NCBI GenBank assembly: GCA_945956965.1
Contig: CAMFJS010000017.1
Span: 1,644 to 65,643, forward strand
Reading direction: 5' to 3'
From: an uncultured Roseateles sp.
GTDB taxonomy: Bacteria > Pseudomonadota > Gammaproteobacteria > Burkholderiales > Burkholderiaceae_C
DNA length: 64,000 bases
Made by a program: the position numbers and the translations under genes
Notes under the pieces: model-generated
Databases searched by the model: none
What the model was told of the DNA's origin: nothing
What the model saw: only the letters and a program-made list of their open reading frames with translations
Shown here: piece after piece, positions 8,953 to 19,085 of the stretch
Layout of the letters: every line of letters begins with the position of its first letter
How positions within the stretch are numbered: position 1 is the first letter of the stretch

Positions 8953-9494
8953 ATAGGCGCAATTCCAAATCATCAACATCGGCCCTGCGCACTGCCGTGC
9001 TGTGCGCGGTCGTGGCGCTGGGCCTTGGCGCCTGCGGCCGTTCGGACGACGCCAAGGCCGTGGCGGCGGCTGAAATCGACGCCCACAGCACCTGTGAGCT
9101 GGACGGCATGCTGCTGGCCGACTACCCCGGCCCCAAGGCGCAAATTCACTACGCCGGGCAGGCCGCACCGAGCTTCTTCTGCGACACCGTGGAGCTTCTC
9201 AATACCTTGCTGGCCCCCGAGCAGGTCAGGGCCATCAAAGCCGTTTATGTGCAGGACATGGGCAGTGCCGACTGGGATCAGCCGCGTGGCTTCTGGATCG
9301 ATGCCAAGAGCGCGATCTATGTGCTGGACAGCTCGCGCCAGGGCTCGATGGGACCCACCATCGCGTCCTTCGCCAAGGAGGCCGATGCCAAGGCCTTTGC
9401 CGCGAAGTGGGGCGGCAAGCCCCTTCGCTTTGCGGAGATCACGCGCGATATGGTGGACCTGAGCGGCGGCGCGCTGCATGACGGCAAGATGTAG
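8949..9494 (+). CDS. nosL: NosL copper-chaperone lipoprotein
   Basis: ATG overlaps the nosY stop (ATGA). Lipobox LGLGAC. NosL-like core (STCELDGMLLADYPGPK...). Confidence 0.88.
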   Translation: MNRRNSKSSTSALRTAVLCAVVALGLGACGRSDDAKAVAAAEIDAHSTCELDGMLLADYPGPKAQIHYAGQAAPSFFCDTVELLNTLLAPEQVRAIKAVYVQDMGSADWDQPRGFWIDAKSAIYVLDSSRQGSMGPTIASFAKEADAKAFAAKWGGKPLRFAEITRDMVDLSGGALHDGKM

Positions 9495-9506
9495 GGCCAG
9501 GCCACC

Positions 9507-10145
9507 ATGCTGCCGGTTTCTGCACCGCTGCACGGGCCTCTGGGGCGCTTGAGCCGCTTGGCCTGGGCGGCGTTCGTGGGCATTGCCTTGGGCGGCAGCT
9601 TGCAGTTGCTGCCGGGCAGTGGGGCAAGCCCCAAGCTGGATCCGACCGCCGAGGTTTGCGTCGTGGCGCCGCCAACGCCTTATGACCCGGCCTCCGGTCT
9701 GGCCTTGCTGGCGCCGCGCCCAGTGCCGGTGGATGCGCGCTGCCCCGTTTGCGGCATGTACCCGGCACGCTCGCGCGAGTCGGCGCGCTGGGCGGCTCAG
9801 GTGGTCTTCGACAACGGCGACGCGCAGTTCTTCGACTCCCCGCTGTCGCTCTTCATCTATCTGCAAAACGTGGCGCGCTACACCCGTGGGCGTGATGCCT
9901 CTCAGATCGCCGCAAGCTATGTGAGCGATGCGAGCAGCGGCGCTTGGCTGGCGGCTGACGCTGCTGTCTTTGTGCAGGGCTCGACGGCCACCGGGCCGAT
10001 GCGCGCCGGCAACCTGCCGGCCTTTGCCGATGCGACTGCAGCACAGCGCTTCGCGAGCGGGCGAGGCGGGCGCTTGTTGCGCGCGAGCGAGATCAGCCCT
10101 GAGTTGCTGAGGCGGCTGGACCCAGGCACACATCTCGACCATTGA
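9507..10145 (+). CDS. second NosL-family protein (CPVCGM type)
   Basis: 212 aa. N-terminal hydrophobic anchor, a CPVCGM motif followed by a NosL-like beta-rich core (AAQVVFDNGDAQFFDSPLSLF). Lies 12 nt after nosL. Confidence 0.7.
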   Translation: MLPVSAPLHGPLGRLSRLAWAAFVGIALGGSLQLLPGSGASPKLDPTAEVCVVAPPTPYDPASGLALLAPRPVPVDARCPVCGMYPARSRESARWAAQVVFDNGDAQFFDSPLSLFIYLQNVARYTRGRDASQIAASYVSDASSGAWLAADAAVFVQGSTATGPMRAGNLPAFADATAAQRFASGRGGRLLRASEISPELLRRLDPGTHLDH

Positions 10146-10158
10146 GCCTGACGCTGCC

Positions 10159-10193
10159 GGCAATCGGTGGTGGGCAATCGGTGGCGGGCAATC
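10159..10193. repeat. 14-bp tandem repeat, 2.5 copies
   Basis: GGCAATCGGTGGTG GGCAATCGGTGGCG GGCAATC, read directly, in the spacer between the NosL-like gene and norC. Confidence 0.8.
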
Positions 10194-10237
10194 TCAGGCC
10201 GCTAACTGTGGTGCTGCAGCAAGCGGAGTGGTTTTCC

Positions 10238-10251
10238 TTATTCCTGTTCAA
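10238..10251. promoter_or_regulatory. degenerate CRP/FNR-family box upstream of norC
   Basis: TTATTCCTGTTCAA with flanks tCC...AAGGa. One half lacks the G of TTGA, but the 20-mer matches the nirS box in 18 of 22 aligned positions. Centre is 67.5 bp upstream of ATG 10312. Confidence 0.45.
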
Positions 10252-10311
10252 GGAACTGGCGCGCACATATCCCTAGTCTTGCGGCATCTCCACTCAACAT
10301 CGAGGATCACC

Positions 10312-10737
10312 ATGAGCCGAGGCTTCACCAGCCAGATGGCGCGCAATATCTTTTATGGCGGCACGCTTTTCTTCGTGCTGTTATTTGCCGCGCTGATCTT
10401 CCACACCGAACAACGCATTCCCGAGCGATCCAAGGCTGCGACCATCACACCCGCCGTGGTGCGCGGCAAGCATATTTGGGAAGCCAATAACTGCATCGGC
10501 TGCCACACCTTGCTGGGGGAGGGCGCCTACTTCGCGCCCGAGTTGGGCAATGTCTACACGCGACGCGGCCCCGAGTTCATCAAGGCCTGGATCAAGGCCC
10601 AGCCCACCGGCATACCGGGTCGCCGCCAGATGCCCAATTTCCATCTGAACGATCAGCAGCTCGACGACATGGTCGAGTTCCTCAAATGGACCAACGGCGT
10701 CGACACCGAAAAGTGGCCCCCGAATGTGGAAGGCTGA
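10312..10737 (+). CDS. norC: nitric-oxide reductase cytochrome c subunit
   Basis: 141 aa from ATG 10312 with GAGGA upstream. N-terminal TM anchor and a CIGCH haem motif. Confidence 0.93.
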   Translation: MSRGFTSQMARNIFYGGTLFFVLLFAALIFHTEQRIPERSKAATITPAVVRGKHIWEANNCIGCHTLLGEGAYFAPELGNVYTRRGPEFIKAWIKAQPTGIPGRRQMPNFHLNDQQLDDMVEFLKWTNGVDTEKWPPNVEG

Positions 10738-12173
<1,436 letters not shown>

Positions 12174-12174
<1 letters not shown>

Positions 12175-12992
12175 TGGAAATGCACAGCGCACGGCAGCTG
12201 GATGCCTTGGGCGAGCCGCCCTTCTATGCCGAGCAGGGCGAGGAATGCCGCTTGTTCGAGCATGCCCATGCCAGCCGGCTACCCTTGTTGATCAAGGGCC
12301 CCACCGGCTGCGGCAAGACCCGTTTGGTTGAGCATATGGCGGCGCGCCTGGGGCGCCCGCTGATCACGGTCAGCTGCCATGACGATCTCAGCGCCGCCGA
12401 CCTGGTGGGGCGGCATCTGATCCAGGGCGGCGACACGCGCTGGCTCGACGGGCCGCTCACCCGCGCGGTGCGCGAGGGCGCCATCTGCTATCTGGATGAA
12501 GTGGTGGAGGCCCGCAAGGACACCACCGTGGTGCTGCACCCATTGGCGGACGACCGGCGTGTGCTGCCGATTGAGCGCACCGGCGAAATGCTGGCCGCCG
12601 CACCCGGCTTCATGCTGGTGATCAGCTACAACCCCGGCTACCAAAATCTGCTCAAAGGCCTGAAGCCCAGCACTCGGCAGCGCTTTGTGGCCCTGGGGCT
12701 GGACTATCCGGTGCCGGCGGTGGAGCAAAACATCGTCGCCACCGAGAGCGGCTGCACACCGGCAGTGGCGGCGCAGTTGGTGCGTTTGGCTCAAGCCTTG
12801 CGCCGCTTGACCGAGCAGGATCTGGAGGAAACCGCCAGCACCCGCTTGCTGGTGATGGCGGCGCGCCTGCATGTGGCCGGCCTGCCTTTGCTGGCCAGCT
12901 GCCGAGCGGCCATCGTTGATGCACTGACCGATGATGCCGACACCGGCGCCGCCCTGCACGAGGTACTGCGGGCGGTGATCGGCGATGGCTGA
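12174..12992 (+). CDS. norQ: NorQ MoxR/CbbQ-type AAA+ ATPase
   Basis: ATG 12174 overlaps the norB stop; the track start at 11901 is an extension inside norB. Walker A GPTGCGKT. Confidence 0.92.
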
Positions 12993-14061
12993 AAAATTGA
13001 CTGAGGCCAGCGCTGCGGCCTCCGAACACAGCCGGCGTCTGCAGCGGCGGCGCCGCGCCACCCAGCTGGCCTTCTTCGCCTTGTTCTTGCTGGCGCCCGG
13101 GCTTGATCTGCTGCGTTTCGATTTGAACGAGACGCAGCTCTGGGTGCTGGGCATGCGCTGGAGCTTAGGGATAGACGCGCTGGCCCATGGCCAAGTTTCG
13201 GCCAATACCGCCGCACTCACTTTGATTGGTCGAGGCATCTTGCCCGCGCTGCTGGTGGTGCTGCTCTTCCTTGGCGTGGCCTGGCGCTGGGGTCGGCTTT
13301 ACTGCGGCTGGCTCTGCCCGCACTTCTCACTGGTTGAGGGGCTCAACGCATTGCTGCACAAGGCATGTGGCAAGTTCAGCCTCTGGGACGAGCAAGCCAG
13401 CCTGCGGGTGGGTGAGCAGACGCAGCGGCGCTGGTGGCCGGTGTTCGCCCTCAGTTGCGCGCTGTTCGGCTTTCTTTGGGCCATCACCTTGCTGACCTAT
13501 CTGCTGCCGCCGCGGCAGATCTGGGCCGGGCTGCTGAGTGGCAGCCTGACGCCCAACCAGACCCGCTTCATCCTGATCGGCAGCCTCGTGTTTACGCTGG
13601 AGTTGCTGTTTGCCCGCCATCTGTTCTGCCGCTTCGGCTGCGCCGTGGGGCTGTTTCAAAGCCTGGCCTGGATGGCCAATCCGCGTGCTTTGGTGGTTTC
13701 GTTCAAGCGCGAACGCGCCAGCGATTGCCGCCAGTGCAGCACTGCCCGGGCGCCCGAAGGCAGCGCCTGCGACCGCGTCTGCCCCATGCGGCTGCGGCCA
13801 CGTCAGATCAAGCGGCAGATGTTTTCCTGCGTGCAGTGCGGCCGTTGCCTGGACCAATGTGCCGAATCCAAAGACCATCAGCCCCAGCTATTGCAGCCGC
13901 AGCTGGAATGGACGGTGGGCGCGGACGCGCTGCGTGAAACCTTGAGACAACAGCAACTGCAACAAAAGCTGCGCACAGGCGGGGCCGGCCTGCCGCCTCA
14001 AGCCGCTGCCGATCAGGGCATGAGCGCCCGTTCATCGAATCAAACTCAGCAAGAAAGCTAG
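12985..14061 (+). CDS. membrane polyferredoxin of the NapH/NosR/CcoG (CGWxCP) family
   Basis: 358 aa. ATG overlaps the norQ 3' end by 8 nt. TM segments, LYCGWLCPHFSL and a second CRFGCAVG motif. C-terminal Cys clusters CRQC...CDRVCP and CVQCGRCLDQC. Confidence 0.8.
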   Translation: MAEKLTEASAAASEHSRRLQRRRRATQLAFFALFLLAPGLDLLRFDLNETQLWVLGMRWSLGIDALAHGQVSANTAALTLIGRGILPALLVVLLFLGVAWRWGRLYCGWLCPHFSLVEGLNALLHKACGKFSLWDEQASLRVGEQTQRRWWPVFALSCALFGFLWAITLLTYLLPPRQIWAGLLSGSLTPNQTRFILIGSLVFTLELLFARHLFCRFGCAVGLFQSLAWMANPRALVVSFKRERASDCRQCSTARAPEGSACDRVCPMRLRPRQIKRQMFSCVQCGRCLDQCAESKDHQPQLLQPQLEWTVGADALRETLRQQQLQQKLRTGGAGLPPQAAADQGMSARSSNQTQQES

Positions 14062-14063
14062 TC

Positions 14064-15944
14064 ATGGAAGAGTGGGTAGGCGAACGCTGGCATCGTTTCA
14101 TCAACGGCGCTGCGGATCGCAGTTTTGCCTCAGCCGCAATTACCCTCACCGAGGTCAGTGGCGCGGTGGCTTTGCTTTACCGCGCTGCGGGCGGTGCGCC
14201 AGGCACACGCATCGTGCCGGCTGCTGATATGCGCATTGGCGGCCCGCGCACCTGGCTGCAACGTCTGGCGGGCAGTGGCGTGCGCGCCGCATTGCCCCGC
14301 TTGGACGAAGAGACCTTGGCCTTGCCGCCACGCATTGCCTTGTTCGCCGACAGCGCACTCAACCGCGACCTCTATCTTTGGCTGGCTGCTCTGGCCGCTG
14401 CCTTTGTGCCTAGCGGCCGGTGGGCGCCAGACAATCTCCTCGCCACGCGCCTGGCCTTGCAGCGCTGCCCGGGCTTGCGGCCACGGTGGGAGCGTTTGCG
14501 GTCAGCCCATCTGGCGCAACGCCGCGCCGACGCGCTGAAATTGCCCGCGCCGGATCAGGCCGCCGAACAGCGGCTGCAAGCCTTTCTGCTGGCGGATGAA
14601 GACCCGACTGAGGCGACCTCGCTGGACGAGTTCGATTGGCATGCCCAGGCACCCGGTCTCGCGCCGGTATGGCTGTGGCTGCAGGCCTTGCCACCCGAGC
14701 TGGCGGCAGGCGCGGGGGCCAAGCAAGAAGTCCGTCAGCCTAGAGCCGGCAATGGCGCGCCACCTCAAGCCGACGATGCCGAACTTGCGCTAGCCAAAAA
14801 GCGCCGACGCACCCGGCAAGCCAAACCCGCGAGTGAGCGCGCGCCGCTCTTGCTCCCCTCCAAGACCGAATCGCTGCAAAGCTGGAGCGAGCACATTCCC
14901 TTGGATCGCGGCCAAGACGATGAGCCCGACGACGAGCAAGCACAAGCGGCCGCCGACGATATGGAGCAACTCACCTTGTCGCGCGACGGGGCCGCCGGCG
15001 CCGCGCGGGTCAAGTTCGATCTGGATTTGCCTAGCGCCAGCGCCGATGACCTGCCGCTGGGTGAGGGCGAGTTGCTGCCGGAATGGGACTGGAAGCGCCA
15101 ACGCCTCTTGCCCGGCCATTGCCAGGTTCAAACCCTGGTGACGCGACCCGGAGCCAGCCCCTTGCGGCCTAGCCCCGCGCTGCGTCGAACCGCGCGCCAG
15201 GTCAGGCGGCGCCTGGAGCTCTTGCGCGCAGCCCCCAAATGGCAACGCGGCTGCAGCGAAGGTGAAGCCTTGGATCTCGACGCCTGGGTGCGCCATCTGG
15301 CCTCCGTTCAGGCGGGTGGCGGGCCTGACCCCCAGGTCTACGCCCGCCGGCAGCGGGGCGAGCGCAGCCTGGCCACGCTGCTGCTGGCTGATTTGTCCCT
15401 GTCTACCGATGCCTATGCGAATAACGATGCGCGGGTCATCGAGGTGATCCGCGATGCCTTGTTCGTTTTCGGAGAGGCCTTGCAAGCCTGCGGTGACCCG
15501 TTCTCGATGCTGGGCTTCAGCTCGGTGCGGCGCAGCCAGATCCGCATTCAGCATTTGAAGAGCTTTGAGGAGAACTGGTCGGGCCCGGTGACCGCTAGGC
15601 TTGCCGCCATCAAGCCGGGCTACTACACCCGCATGGGCGCGGCCATTCGCCTAGCCACCAAGCGCCTGCAGCAAAGGCCGGAGCGGCAGCGCCTACTTTT
15701 GCTGCTGACCGATGGCAAGCCCAATGACCTGGATGTGTACGAAGGCCGCTGGGGCGTGGAGGACACCCGCGAAGCCGTGCTGGAAGCCCGCCGCGCCGGT
15801 TTGCAGCCCTTTTGCCTGAGCATCGACGCCGAGGCTCCTGACTATTTGCCGCACATCTTCGGGCGCCAGGGTTGGGCCCGCGTGGTGCGTCCGAGCGAGC
15901 TGCCCATGCGGCTGGCGGGCATCTACGGGCAACTGACCCGCTGA
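14064..15944 (+). CDS. norD: NorD, VWA-domain partner of NorQ
   Basis: 626 aa. C-terminal von Willebrand A domain with MIDAS DLSLS, and ...LLLLTDGKPND. Confidence 0.9.
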   Translation: MEEWVGERWHRFINGAADRSFASAAITLTEVSGAVALLYRAAGGAPGTRIVPAADMRIGGPRTWLQRLAGSGVRAALPRLDEETLALPPRIALFADSALNRDLYLWLAALAAAFVPSGRWAPDNLLATRLALQRCPGLRPRWERLRSAHLAQRRADALKLPAPDQAAEQRLQAFLLADEDPTEATSLDEFDWHAQAPGLAPVWLWLQALPPELAAGAGAKQEVRQPRAGNGAPPQADDAELALAKKRRRTRQAKPASERAPLLLPSKTESLQSWSEHIPLDRGQDDEPDDEQAQAAADDMEQLTLSRDGAAGAARVKFDLDLPSASADDLPLGEGELLPEWDWKRQRLLPGHCQVQTLVTRPGASPLRPSPALRRTARQVRRRLELLRAAPKWQRGCSEGEALDLDAWVRHLASVQAGGGPDPQVYARRQRGERSLATLLLADLSLSTDAYANNDARVIEVIRDALFVFGEALQACGDPFSMLGFSSVRRSQIRIQHLKSFEENWSGPVTARLAAIKPGYYTRMGAAIRLATKRLQQRPERQRLLLLLTDGKPNDLDVYEGRWGVEDTREAVLEARRAGLQPFCLSIDAEAPDYLPHIFGRQGWARVVRPSELPMRLAGIYGQLTR

Positions 15945-16010
15945 GCGAGCAAAAGGCCGAGCAGCGCCGCCACTGCGCGGCTGTCACTTGCTTGGCTCCT
16001 CGCCGCAGAC

Positions 16011-16024
16011 TTAAGCAATATCAA
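16011..16024. promoter_or_regulatory. CRP/FNR-family box upstream of the first Dnr/Nnr-type regulator
   Basis: TTAAGCAATATCAA with 3' flank GG. Centre is 75.5 bp upstream of ATG 16093. Confidence 0.5.
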
Positions 16025-16092
16025 GGCCGGGATTTTGGGCGCTCTCGACAATGCAGTCTCTGCACACGCCGCCATCACTAGGGAGACCCGCC

Positions 16093-16791
16093 ATGGATAT
16101 GCGCGCATTTGATTTACCTCGCTACCTCTCGGTGCTGCCCTTGTTCACGGATTTGAGTGCGGCCGAACTGGCCCGCCTTGCAACGGGCTGCAGCTTGCGC
16201 CGCCTGGCCCGGGGCGACACCATTTTTCGGGTCGGTCAGCCCTGCGAAGAGTTTCATGTGACGGTGACCGGGCAGGTCAAGCTCTTCGCCATCTCGCCAT
16301 CCGGGCAGGAGAAGGTGATCGAGCTGGTGGGCCCCGGCCACAGCTTTGCCGAGGCGCTGATGTTCACCGGCAAGCCCTACATCATCAATGCCCAGGCTTT
16401 GACGGATAGCTTGCTTTTGTCGGTATCCAAGCAGGCCGTGCTGACTGAAATCGAGCAAGACAGCCGCTTTGCCTTGCGCATGCTGGCGGGCATTTCGCGC
16501 CGCTTGCATGGCCTCGTTCATGACGTCCAGGCCTATGCCCTGCATAGCGGTGTGCAGCGCGTGATCGGCTATTTGCTGCGGGATCAAGTGGCGGAAGACT
16601 GCGTGAATGGCGAAGTCATCACCGTGTCACTGCCGGTGAGCAAGGCGACCATCGCCTCCCGGCTCAGCCTTACCCCGGAGTATTTCTCGCGCGTGCTGCA
16701 TGAGCTTGAGGCCGCTGGGCTGATCGAGGTGGACCGACGCGACATCCGCATCCGCGATGCCTCAGCCCTAGCGAACTACACCGGGGTTTGA
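16093..16791 (+). CDS. CRP/FNR-family regulator, Dnr/NnrR type (no N-terminal Cys cluster)
   Basis: ATG 16093 with GGGAGA upstream. cNMP-binding-like fold. HTH with the E--SR recognition motif (SLTPEYFSRVLHEL). Confidence 0.88.
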   Translation: MDMRAFDLPRYLSVLPLFTDLSAAELARLATGCSLRRLARGDTIFRVGQPCEEFHVTVTGQVKLFAISPSGQEKVIELVGPGHSFAEALMFTGKPYIINAQALTDSLLLSVSKQAVLTEIEQDSRFALRMLAGISRRLHGLVHDVQAYALHSGVQRVIGYLLRDQVAEDCVNGEVITVSLPVSKATIASRLSLTPEYFSRVLHELEAAGLIEVDRRDIRIRDASALANYTGV

Positions 16792-16871
16792 TGGCGGTAG
16801 CTTCGAAACCATTGCCCATCGTTCGCTAGAACTAGGGTGGATAGTTCTGAAGAACTACTGCCCACAATGAC

Positions 16872-16885
16872 TTGACGCACGTCAA
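16872..16885. promoter_or_regulatory. CRP/FNR-family box upstream of the second Dnr/Nnr-type regulator
   Basis: TTGACGCACGTCAA is a perfect palindrome with C...G flanks. Centre is 82.5 bp upstream of ATG 16961. Confidence 0.65.
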
Positions 16886-16960
16886 GTTGACCGATTTGCA
16901 GCCGAACAGAATCGCGCTCGCAGCGCCTTCTTCCTTTCGCCCCGCAACGAGGTCAATCCC

Positions 16961-17674
16961 ATGAGCAGCCCTTCGAATCACGTACCGCTTGAGATAACGC
17001 GTTACATCGCCGTGCAGCCACTTTTCCGCGGAATCAATGATGATGACCTTGCCCGCATCGTCGATCATGGCTGCAGCTTGGTGCGCGTTCCCCGCTGCCG
17101 CAATCTGTTCAGCGCCGGGGACATCTGCGACAGCCTGCACATCGTCATCACCGGCCGCATCAAGGTCTTCGCCCTGGCCGCCAATGGCAGCGAAAAGGTG
17201 CTGGAGCTGATCGGCCCGGGCCAAAGCCTGGGGGAGTCCGCCATCTTCAACGATCAGCGCCATGGCTTCAGCGCGCTGTCGCTCAGTGATTCGCTCTTGC
17301 TGCGCATTCCCAAGGCCGCCTTGGTCGCGCAGATCGGCCGGGACCCCAATTTCTCGCTGCGCTTATTGGCCCAGGCTTCACAGCGCATCCAGAATCTGCT
17401 CCACGACGTGGAAAGCTATTGCCTGCACAGCGGCTTGCAAAGAGTGGTGGGCTTCTTGCTCAAGGGGCAGTCGGATGAGAGCCGCGCACCGGCCCGGCCC
17501 CATACCGTGTCGCTGCCGGTCAGCAAGGCCACGATCGCCTCAAGATTGAGCCTGACGCCGGAATACTTCTCCCGCGTGCTGCGGGAGTTAGAGGACGAAG
17601 GCTTGATTCAAATCTCGCGGCGCGACATCCACATCCTGCAGCCCCGCGAGTTGGCCAGCTACACCTTGCAGTGA
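16961..17674 (+). CDS. CRP/FNR-family regulator, Dnr/NnrR type, paralogue 2
   Basis: 237 aa. Same architecture and an almost identical HTH (VSLPVSKATIASRLSLTPEYFSRVLRELE). GAGG RBS. Confidence 0.88.
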   Translation: MSSPSNHVPLEITRYIAVQPLFRGINDDDLARIVDHGCSLVRVPRCRNLFSAGDICDSLHIVITGRIKVFALAANGSEKVLELIGPGQSLGESAIFNDQRHGFSALSLSDSLLLRIPKAALVAQIGRDPNFSLRLLAQASQRIQNLLHDVESYCLHSGLQRVVGFLLKGQSDESRAPARPHTVSLPVSKATIASRLSLTPEYFSRVLRELEDEGLIQISRRDIHILQPRELASYTLQ

Positions 17675-18564
17675 CGCTCCAGCGAGTCGGCCATCACCGT
17701 AGCGGCGGTTTGCTTCAACGCCGTTAGCTGCAGGGCATCGGCTTGGCGCATCGCAGGGCTGAGCCTCTCACGCATGGCGGTCACCTCGCCAATCATCAGC
17801 AGAGTAGGGGACTTCAGGGCGTGGCTGCGCGCCAACTCCGGCAGCTCGGCCAAGCTGCCGCGGATGCATCGCTGCTGCGGCAGGCTGGCGTTCTCAACCA
17901 GCGCGGCCGGTGTATCGGCAGGCAAGCCGTGCAGGATCAGTTGGCGGCTGATCAGGGGCAGGCTGTTCAGCCCCATATAAATCACCACCGTTTGGTGGGG
18001 CCGGGCCAGCATGGGCCAGTCCAGCGGCAGGGCCTCTGAGTCGGCATCATCTGTGTCCTTGGCGGCGCGAAGATGACCGGTGGCATAGATCAGGGTGCCG
18101 GCATGTGAGCGGTGCGTCAGCGGAATGCCTGCTGCCGCGCCGGCCGCTTGTGCGGCGCTGATGCCGGGCACGGTTTCAAACTGAATGCCTGCCGCAGCCA
18201 GGGCCTCGGCCTCTTCGCCACCGCGGCCGAAGATATAGGGGTCACCCCCTTTGAGTCGCAGCACGCGGCGCCCGCTGCGTACCAGCTTGATCATCAGTTC
18301 AATGATGCCTTCCTGGCTCAGGGCGTGAAGGCCACATTTCTTGCCGACGAAGATCGTCTCCGCCGCGGGATTGACGAGGGCCATCACCTCGGCCGACACC
18401 AAATTGTCGTAGAGCACCAGCTCCGCCTCAGCCAGCGCGCGCGCGGCTTTGAGCGTCAACAGATCAGGGTCGCCGGGGCCGGCGCCAACCAGGGTCACTT
18501 GTGCCCAAGTCGGGCTGTTGCGGCTGGAGCGAGAGAGGTGGCGGGGCTCGATACGTGGATTCAT
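17659..18564 (-). CDS. nirE: uroporphyrinogen-III C-methyltransferase (NirE/CobA type)
   Basis: VTLVGAGPGDPDLLT methylase motif. ATG 18564 with GGAG 9 nt upstream is preferred; an in-frame ATG at 18603 is also possible. The 3' end overlaps the convergent regulator gene by 16 nt. Confidence 0.9.
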   Translation of the reverse strand: MNPRIEPRHLSRSSRNSPTWAQVTLVGAGPGDPDLLTLKAARALAEAELVLYDNLVSAEVMALVNPAAETIFVGKKCGLHALSQEGIIELMIKLVRSGRRVLRLKGGDPYIFGRGGEEAEALAAAGIQFETVPGISAAQAAGAAAGIPLTHRSHAGTLIYATGHLRAAKDTDDADSEALPLDWPMLARPHQTVVIYMGLNSLPLISRQLILHGLPADTPAALVENASLPQQRCIRGSLAELPELARSHALKSPTLLMIGEVTAMRERLSPAMRQADALQLTALKQTAATVMADSLERHCKV

Positions 18565-18638
18565 TTTGGGGGCTCCGGCGCTGACACCTTGTTTGCGGTG
18601 CATGGCCTGATTGTGGAGAGCGTGGCTTCTCTTCGTCC

Positions 18639-18652
18639 TTGATGCAGTTCAA
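18639..18652. promoter_or_regulatory. CRP/FNR-family box in the divergent nirE / nirC promoter region
   Basis: TTGATGCAGTTCAA within the 20-bp near-palindrome TCCTTGATGCAGTTCAAGGA. Centre is 41.5 bp from nirC ATG 18687 and 42.5 bp from the upstream in-frame nirE ATG 18603. Confidence 0.7.
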
Positions 18653-18686
18653 GGACAGTTGATGCCTCGCAGGGGAGCATGGCGGC

Positions 18687-19085
18687 ATGTTGAATCGCAA
18701 TGACCTGCTGCTGCTAACTGTGTTGCTCTACGGGTTCGTAAGCCCCGGCGTGGCGGCGCAGCCTGCGCCAACAAGTCCAGTGCTTGCCGACAGCCAACCC
18801 AGCCCGGCCCGCCAGCAAGAGCTGCGGCGCATGCTTGCGCACGACTGCGGCTCCTGCCACGGCCTGCGCTTGACCGGCGGCCTGGGGCCAGCCATTCACG
18901 CTGAGGCCATGCAGCAATTGCCGCAGGCGGCCATTGCCGCCACGATTTACCACGGCCGGCCGGGCACACCCATGCCCGCCTGGAAAAGCATGATCACTGC
19001 CGCAGAAGCGGACTGGCTGGCGGCCTATATGCAGCGGCCCACAGCGCCAAAACAGGAACTTGCTACGCAAGAGCACAGGCCATGA
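18687..19085 (+). CDS. nirC: monohaem cytochrome c55X
   Basis: 132 aa with a signal peptide and a single CGSCH. It is the first gene of the d1 biosynthesis operon. Confidence 0.85.
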   Translation: MLNRNDLLLLTVLLYGFVSPGVAAQPAPTSPVLADSQPSPARQQELRRMLAHDCGSCHGLRLTGGLGPAIHAEAMQQLPQAAIAATIYHGRPGTPMPAWKSMITAAEADWLAAYMQRPTAPKQELATQEHRP

